Source: the human T2T-CHM13v2.0 reference genome, Homo sapiens. From it: a DNA stretch of 64,000 nt. The notes beneath the pieces are model-generated. The model searched no databases. It was not told the origin of the DNA and saw nothing but the letters and a program-made list of their open reading frames with translations. The position numbers were made by a program, and so were the translations under genes. Position 1 is the stretch's first letter; every line of letters begins with the position of its first letter. The stretch lies in the NCBI RefSeq assembly GCF_009914755.1, contig NC_060927.1; one strand, 5' to 3'. Of this stretch, positions 54,704 to 64,000 are shown piece by piece.

Positions 54704-55300
54704 AATAAATCAAAAATAAAATTCTAAGCCCCCAACCACCTGAATGGACCCCTCCTCTTGGGCAAGGGCACTCCAGAGTTAACCTGTAAAACTAGTTCAG
54801 GCCATGATGGAAAGTGGGAGTCAGACATGCCTCATTACTATTAATATCAACACAGACCTTAAGACTGATAGAACAGACTCTTTAAGGCTGATAAGAAACA
54901 CATGCAATCTATTTTCTCTAAAGCCTGCTACCTGGGGCCTCCATCTGCATCATAAACCCTTGGTCTCTGCAACCCCCTTATAACCCAGACATTCCTTTCT
55001 ATTGATTCCAAGTCGTTAGATAATAACTCAACCAATTGCCAATCAGAAAATCTTTGAATCTGCCTATGACGTGGAAGCCCCCACTTCCAGTTGTCCCGCC
55101 TTTCCAGACCACACCAAGGTACATCTTACATGTATTGATTGATGTCTTATGACTCCCTAAAATGTATAAAACCAAGTTGTAGGCCGACCACCTTGGGCAC
55201 ATGTCATTAGGACTTCCTGAGGCTGTGTCACAGGCATGTCCTTAACCTTGGAAAAATAAACTCCTAAACTGAGACTTGTCTCGGATGCTTTTGGTTTACA
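54704..55300 (+). mobile_element. MER4A-like solo LTR
   Basis: AAAAATAAAATTCTAAGCCCCCAACC...CTTTTGGTTTACA; 3' half similar to the 34729-35492 LTR. Confidence 0.8.
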
Positions 55301-55722
55301 GCATCCTTTGAAAAATGAACTACAACAAAAAACCACTACCAAGTCCCAAACTAACCCCTACGTAGCACATGCAAGGGCAGACTCAAACAGCATAGAAAAG
55401 GCTTTGAAAACTGACACTGACATTAGAATCATCATCCACGGAAAGCAAGACAAAGCCTCTGACCTTTACGTAACTGATTTGCCTGCTAAAATAAAAACTA
55501 AACATTGTCCAGAGATGTAATATTTAAACTGTCTAGGATGCAATCCAAAATTACTCAATACATGAAGAGCCAGGAAAATCTGATTAATTCCCAAGGGAAA
55601 AGACAATCAGTTTTTGCCATTCCCAAGTCACTCACGTGTTGGAAATATCAAAGACTTTAAAGCAGTTATCATCACCATTATCCATGAAGCAAAGGTGAAC
55701 CCTTTTTTTTTTTTATTTTTGA

Positions 55723-56015
<293 letters not shown>

Positions 56016-58604
56016 TAAATGAATAGAAAGATAGGAGCTCTCAGCAAAGAAATAAAACAAAACAAAAATATAACCAGGGCCCTGCCCTCCCTCTCCCTCA
56101 GGAGGGCAGACAGGTCCACCAAAAATTTAAAAATAAAGAAATATAACTGAATCGAAATTTTAGAACTGTGCCGGGCACGGTGGCTCACACCTGTAATCCC
56201 AGCACTTTGGGAGGCCGAGGCGGGCGGATCACGAGGTCAGGAAATCGAGACCATCCTGGCTAACACAGTGAAACGCCGTCTCTACTAAAAATACAAAAAC
56301 TAGCTGGGCGTGGTGGCAGGCGCCTGTAGTCCCGGCTACTCAGGAGGTTGAGGCAGGAGAATGGCGTGAACCTGGGAGGTGGAGCTTGCAGCTTGCAATG
56401 AGCCAAGATGGTGCCACTGCACTCCAGCCTGGGCGACAGAGCGAGACTCCTTCTCAAAAAAAAAAAAAAATTTTAGAACTGTAAAATACAATCAATAGCT
56501 GACATAAAAAAATCCACTGACAGGCTCATTGGCAGAATGTCAATGACAGAAAATCAGTGAATTTGAATATAGGGCAATCGAAATTAGCTAATCTGAACAG
56601 CAGAGAAATAAAAAAATAATAAACAGAGCCCTAGTGAACTGTGGAACAGTATCAAAAAGCCTAACATTCATGTTATTCAAGACCTAGGAAGGAAGGAGAA
56701 AAATTGTTTAAAGAAATAATGGCTAAAAATTTCCCAAATTTGGTAAAAGGCATAAATCTACAGATTTAAGAATCTCAGCAAATACCAAAAAGGATATACT
56801 CAAAGAAAACCATGCCCAGATACATTATAATCAAACTGTTGAAAACCAAAGACCAAAAAAAAGAAAGAAAGAAAGAAAAGAAAAGACAAAACACCTTAAA
56901 AGTAGCCAGAGAAAAAATGATGCATTACTTATAGAGAAATAATGATTCAAATGACCGAACTTCTCATCAGAAATCATGGAGACCAAAAGACAGTGGAACA
57001 ACATCTTTAAAATGCTTCAAGAGAGCCGTCACCCAGAATTCTATATCTAGGGAAAAAAATTGTTTTGAAATCATGGTGATATAAAGACATTCTCAGATGA
57101 AGGAAACAAGAGAATTCATTGCCAGCAGAACTGTTCCTAAAGAAATGCTAAAGGAAGTTAGGAAGAAGAGAAATAATACCAGAGGGAAACTTTGAACTTC
57201 AGGAATGAAGACAATACAACAGAAATGGTTATCTAGGTAAATATAATAGACTAAAAGTAGTAGTCTTTTAAGTTCTTTAGAATATGTTTGAGTGTTGTTA
57301 TAGCATTGTCTGGTGGGGCTTTCAAATTATACAAATGAAATGCACATGGCAACTATTACATAAGAGGGGAAGATAAAGGGACTTGTATGGTTGTGAAGTT
57401 TCTACATGTCACTTGAAGAGAGAAAGCATTAATTCTAACAGATTGTGAAGGTATGCTATATGTATAAATATATAGTAACTCTGAGAGAAAACACTAAAAA
57501 AATACAAAGAGACACATTCAAAAATCCAAAAGTTAAATTAAAATGGAACACTAAAACATATTCAAATAACCCAAAAGAAATCAGGAATGGAGAACAGAAG
57601 GGGAAATAAATAACAGAGGGAACTCACAGAAAACAAATGATAAACTGTAGTCTTAAATTATATCAGTAATAATATTGAATGTAACCAGTCTAAATATGCC
57701 AATTAAAAGAGAGGTATTAACAGATTGGCTTTTTTTAAAAAGACAAACTGTGTGCTCTCTATAATAAATCTATTTAAAATGTAATTATATAGGTATGTTA
57801 AAAGTAAAACAAGTACTTAATGTACAATGAAAATAGTTAAAATTGTAAATTTTATGTGTATAAAAAAATTTAAGTAAAAGGATGGGACTTCCATTTCCAG
57901 CCAAGATGGAGTAACAGTAACTGGATTTACTCTCCCACCTGAAACAACCAAAAACTAGACAAAATCTAGAAAACAATGATTTTTAAGATTCTAGAAACCA
58001 GGCAATGAAGGACAGTAATCCCCAAGAGAAAGGAAACAAATGAGAGTTTACTGCCTGGAGAGTTTCCAAGCAACCGCACAGGAAGGGGGAGCCAAAGAAG
58101 ATATCTCAATGGTAAACAAGCCTATGTACAGATACTCAAAATCCTTAGTAATTAGGGAAATGCAGACTAGGACGATAAACTATTATGGCCCACATATTAA
58201 AATGCCTATAATTTCAAAGACTTATGCCAAGTGCCAGTAAGGATGTAGAGCAACTTGAACTCTTTAGATGAGAACAAACTCGTATAGACTGCTTATGAGA
58301 ATGAAAAATGGTACAACTGTGCAAAAAAGTTTGACAGTTCTTAAAACATTTTACATATACCTACCACGTAACTCTCCTATTCCAGTCCTAAGTATTTACC
58401 CAAGAGAAATGGGAGCACATGTGTACATAAAGACTTGTACACTAATGTTCATAGCAACTTTATTTGTAATAGCCAAAACCTTAAAACAACACAAATGTGA
58501 ACGCATAAACAAAATGTAGCACACCTATTCAATGGGACACTATTCCACAATAAAAAGGAATAAACTATTGATACATGCAGTAACAGGAATTAATCTCAAA
58601 ATAA

Positions 58605-59072
<468 letters not shown>

Positions 59073-62000
59073 CTACAGGCACCCGCCACTACGCCCGGCT
59101 AATTTTTTGTATTTTTAGTAGAGATGGGGTTTCACCGTGTTAGCCAGGATGGTCTCAACCTTGTGATCCGCCTGCCTCGGCCTCCCAAAGTGCTGGGATT
59201 ACAGGCGTGAGCCACTGCGCCCGGCCAACATTTATCATTTCTTCGTGTTGAGAACATTTCAAATCTTCTAGCTATTTTGAAACATACAATAAATTCTTTT
59301 TTTTTTTTTTTTGAGACAGAATCTCACTCTGTCACCCAGGCTGGAGTGGAGTGGCTTAATCTTGGCTCACTGCAACCTCCGTCTCCTGGGTTCAAGCAAT
59401 TCTTGTGCCTCAGCCTCTCGAGTAGTAGCTGGGACTACAGGCTCGCGCCATCACGCCTGGCTAATTTTTGTACTTTTAGCAGAGAAAGGGTTTCCCCATG
59501 TTGGCCATGTTGGTCTCGAACTCCTGACCTCAGGTGATCTGCCCACCTCGGCCTCCCAAAGTGCTGGGATTACAGGTGTGAGCCACAGCACCCAGCCACA
59601 TGCAATAAATTCTTAACTATAGCCACCCTATTATGCTAACACTTTAACTTATTCCTCCTAGCTAACTGCATTTTTGCACCCATTAACCAACCATTCTTCA
59701 TTCTTCCTCATCCCCGACCCTTTCCAGCCTCTGGTAACCATCATTCTACTCACTCCCTCCATGAGATCAATTTTTTTAGCTCCCACATATGAGTGAGAAA
59801 ATGTAATATTTGCCTTTCTGTGCCTGGCTTATTTCACTTAACATGTCCTCCAGTTCCATCCAGGTTGTTCCCAAATGTCTGAAGTGATGGATATCCCAAT
59901 TACCTTGACTTGATCATTACCCATTCTATGCATGTATTAAAATATTATATGTACCCCATAAACATGTACAACTTTTATATATCAGTAAAAAATATATATA
60001 TACTATATAATTTCATTTATATAAAATTCTAGAAAAATGTAAACTAGTCTAAAATGTCAGAGAGCAGATCAGTGATTTCCTGAAGATGGAGGCGGGGCTT
60101 CAGGAGGGGTGAGAGGAAGGGATAACAGAGGAACATGAGGAAACGTTTAGGAGTGATGGATTCTAAACACAGCCCAGGCTGCACGCAGTGGCTCAAACCT
60201 GTAATCTTAATGCTTCGGGAGGCCGGGGCAGGTGGATCACTTGAGCCCAGGAGTCCAAGACTAGCTGGGCAACGTGGTGAGACCCTATCTCCATACAAAA
60301 CAACACAAAAATTAGCCAGGCATGGTAGTGCGCGCCCACGGTTCCAGCTACTCAGGAGAAAGGAGAATCACCTGAGCCCAGGAGGAAGAGGTTGCAGTGC
60401 GCTGCACTCCAGCGTAGGCAACAGAGTGAGACTGTCTCAAAAACAAACAAAAGAAAACCACAGCCCAAATCCTAGCAGATTAACATAAATACATCAATCC
60501 TTACACTAAAGGCATATTTACCTCAGTTCCTATTACCTGATACATGTCTAGCTTTTTTTTTTTTTTTAAGAGACAAGATCTTGCTCTATCTCCCAGGCTG
60601 GAGTGCAGTGGCACAATTATAGCTCACTGCAGACTCGAACTCCTGGGCTCAAGCAATCCTCCCACCTCAGCTTCCTGAGTTGTTAGGACTACAGGCATGC
60701 ACCACCAGGCCCTGTTAATTTTTTTTTTAAGAGATGAGGGTCTCACTATGTTGCCCAGGCTGGTCTTGAACTCTTCACCTCAAGCAATCCTCCCACCTCA
60801 GCTTCCCAAAGAACTAGAATTACAGGTAGGAGCCACCACACTCAGTCCATGTCCAGCTTTCAACACAACACTACAAGCATGCTAAAAGGCAAAACATACC
60901 ACACATACACACAATTTGAAGAGACAAAGCAATCATCAGAATCAAACTCAGATGTAACACAGATATCGAAATTATCAGACAGAAAATTTTAAGTAACCAT
61001 GATTATTATGTGAAGGGCTCAAATGGAAAAAGTAATGCAAGAATAGATGGGTAATATAAGTAGAGAGATGGAGACTCTAAGAAAGAATCAAAAGGTAAAG
61101 CTAGAAATTAAAAAACGTGGTAACAACAGAAATGAAGAATGTCTTCAGTGGGCTCACCTGTGGCCTGACACGACTGAGCTTGCAAATATGTCAATAGAAA
61201 CTTCCCAAACTAAAATGCAAAGGAAAAAAAGACAACGCACCCAAGAACTGAGGGACAATTTCAAAAATGTGTAACATATGTGTCATTGCAATACCTAAAA
61301 AGAAGAGAGAACAGAGCAGAAGAAATATTTGCGGAAATAATGGCCAAGAACTTTCCAAGTTAATGGTAGATACCAAACCATAGATCCCAGAAACTCAGAG
61401 AACACCAAACAGGATAAATATCAAAATCTACAGCGATGCATGTCATATTCAAACTGCAGAAAATCAACGATCAATAGGCAAAGTTGAAAAGCCAGGGGAG
61501 TGGAGAGGAACACCTTACCTACAGAAGAGCAAAGAAAAGAAATACAGCAAACTTCTCATCAGAAACCATCTGAGCAAAGGAGAGTAAAGTGAAGTGTTTG
61601 GTGCTGAAAGGGAAAAAAAAGACCAAAATGCTGGGATTACAGGCGTGAGCCATTGCACCAGGGCCAGGTGCAGACGCTCACACCTGTAATGCCAGCACTC
61701 TAGGAGGCCAAGGCAGGAGGATCACTTGAGGCCAGGAGTTTGAGACCAGCCTGATCAACATAGCGAGACCTCATCTCTACAAAAAATAAAAATAAACAAA
61801 TTAGCTGGGCATGGTGCTGTACACTTCTGGAACCAACTGAGGTCAAAGGAACTCTTGAGCCCAGGAGTTGCTACAGTGAGCTATGATTGCACCAATGCAC
61901 TCCACCCTGGGTGACACAACCTCATCTTAAAAAAAAAAAAAAAAAGGAAAAGAAAAGAAATTAACTTTTATGTTTAAAACTTTCTAATAAAGAAAATCCC

Positions 62001-62561
62001 AGATAAAGATGGTTTTGCTGGCATATTCTACCAAACATTTAATGAAGAAATAGCACCAATTCTATACAATTTCTTCCATAAAATATAACAGAAGGGAATC
62101 ATTTTCAAATGGCTTTAGAGAGCAGAATTACCTTGATATCAAAACCAGACAAAGACATTGCAAGAAAATTAAACTGTGTTCCTCATGAACATAGAAAAAA
62201 AAATCAGCAAAATATTAGCCAATTGAATCTAACAATATATAGAAAGAATAATACACTATTACCAATGGGGATTATCACAGGAATGCAAGAAGGGTTCTAC
62301 ATTCAAAAAAAAAATCAATACAATCCATCATATAAACAGATTAAAGAAAAAAACTACATAAGCAGGCTGGGCACGGTGGCTCACGCCTGTAATCCCAACA
62401 CTTCGGGAGGCCGAACTGGACAGATCACTGGAGGTCAAGAGTTCAAGACCAGCCTGGCAACATGGTAAAACCCTGTCTCTACTAAAAATACAAAAATTAG
62501 CCAGGCATGGTGGTGGGCACCTGTAATCCCAGCAACTCAGGAGGCTGAGGCAGGAGAATCA

Positions 62562-62897
<336 letters not shown>

Positions 62898-64000
62898 TCA
62901 GAGGTTGCAGTGAGCCGAGATCACACCACTGCACTCTAGCCTGGGCGACAGAAGGAGACTCTGTTAAAAAAAAAAAAAAAAAAAAAAGTTTATCAATTAA
63001 TTCAGAAAAATCATTTGACAAAATTCAACATCAATACATGATAAAAACTCAGTCGGGCACAGTGGCTCATGCCTGTAATCCCAACACTTTGGGAGGCTGA
63101 GGCGGGCCGATCATGAGGTCAGGAGTTCAAGACCAGCCTGGCCAAGATGGTGAAACCCCATCTCTACTAAAAATACAAAAATTAGCTGAACGTGGTGGCA
63201 GGTGCCTGTAATCCCAGCTACTCGGGAGGCTGAGGCAGTGAATTGCTTGAATCCAGGAGGCCGAGGTTGCAGTGAGCCAAGATCATGCCACTGCACTCCA
63301 GCCTGGCAACAGAGCGAGACTGCGTCTCGAAAAAAAAAAAAAAAAAATTGGCAGGTAAAAGAATTGTTAATGGTGATAAACTAAATGTTCGCTCTTATGA
63401 TTGGGAACAAGACAATGGGTCCACTCTCACCACTCCTGCTCAAGATTGTACTGGAAGTCTTAGTGCAACAAGGCATGAAAAAGAAATAAAAACCATACAC
63501 ATTCGAAAAGAAATAAAAGTGTCCATATTCACAGTGACTGTCTACATAGGAAATCTCAAAGACTCCACCAAAGGCCCCTAAAACTAAGTGAGCTTAGCAA
63601 GATTAAAATAAGGATTTATTTTCATGCTCAAAGAAAAAAAATATGTAAGGTTAACATACAAAATTTAATCATAGGTCCATATACTTCCATGAATTGTTGG
63701 AAACCAAAATTATAAAAACAATATCATTTACAATAGCTCCAAAAATATAATGCTTGGATTTATCTAATCTAATAAAACACATATCTAATAAAACATGAGC
63801 AGAATACATATTCTGAAATATACAAAATGCTGATGACCAAAATAAAAAGACACAAATAGAAAGATATATCATGTCTATTGATTGGGAGACTCAATATAGC
63901 TAAATACTCCCCAAATTGGTCCATAAATTAAACGTCATTTGAATCAAAATCCCAGCAGAATTTTAGAAGAGACAAGCTGATTCTAAAATTTATGTAGAAA

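Overview
Primate (very likely human) genomic DNA, recognised as part of the IQCF cluster (recalled as 3p21.2). The six-frame ORF track is mostly Alu/L1/LTR noise. Three paralogous IQ-motif genes can be rebuilt with canonical GT-AG junctions. IQCF2 (+): join 645-662, 836-928, 1967-2350; 164 aa. IQCF5 (-): join 14493-14490, 13136-12694; 148 aa. IQCF1 (-): join 42198-42196, 42015-41911, 35824-35762, 34267-33821; 205 aa. The rest is mainly transposable elements: a two-LTR HERV-IP10/LTR10-type provirus filling IQCF1 intron 2, a full THE1 element, solo LTRs, a decayed hAT transposon, a 7SL retrocopy, old L1s and dozens of Alus. I found no convincing new protein-coding system. Main observations: (1) two dead exons inside the IQCF5 intron, homologous to IQCF2 exon 2 and IQCF1 exon 3; (2) poly(A) hexamers written into the last codons of IQCF1 and IQCF5, with a fossil C-terminus in the IQCF2 3'UTR; (3) two different Alus at the same position of both THE1 LTRs; (4) an identical 27-bp CRE/E-box promoter block in IQCF1 and IQCF5; (5) unequal AP-1 repeat copy number in the two LTR10s. 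Repeat subfamily names come from memory of consensus sequences and are provisional.
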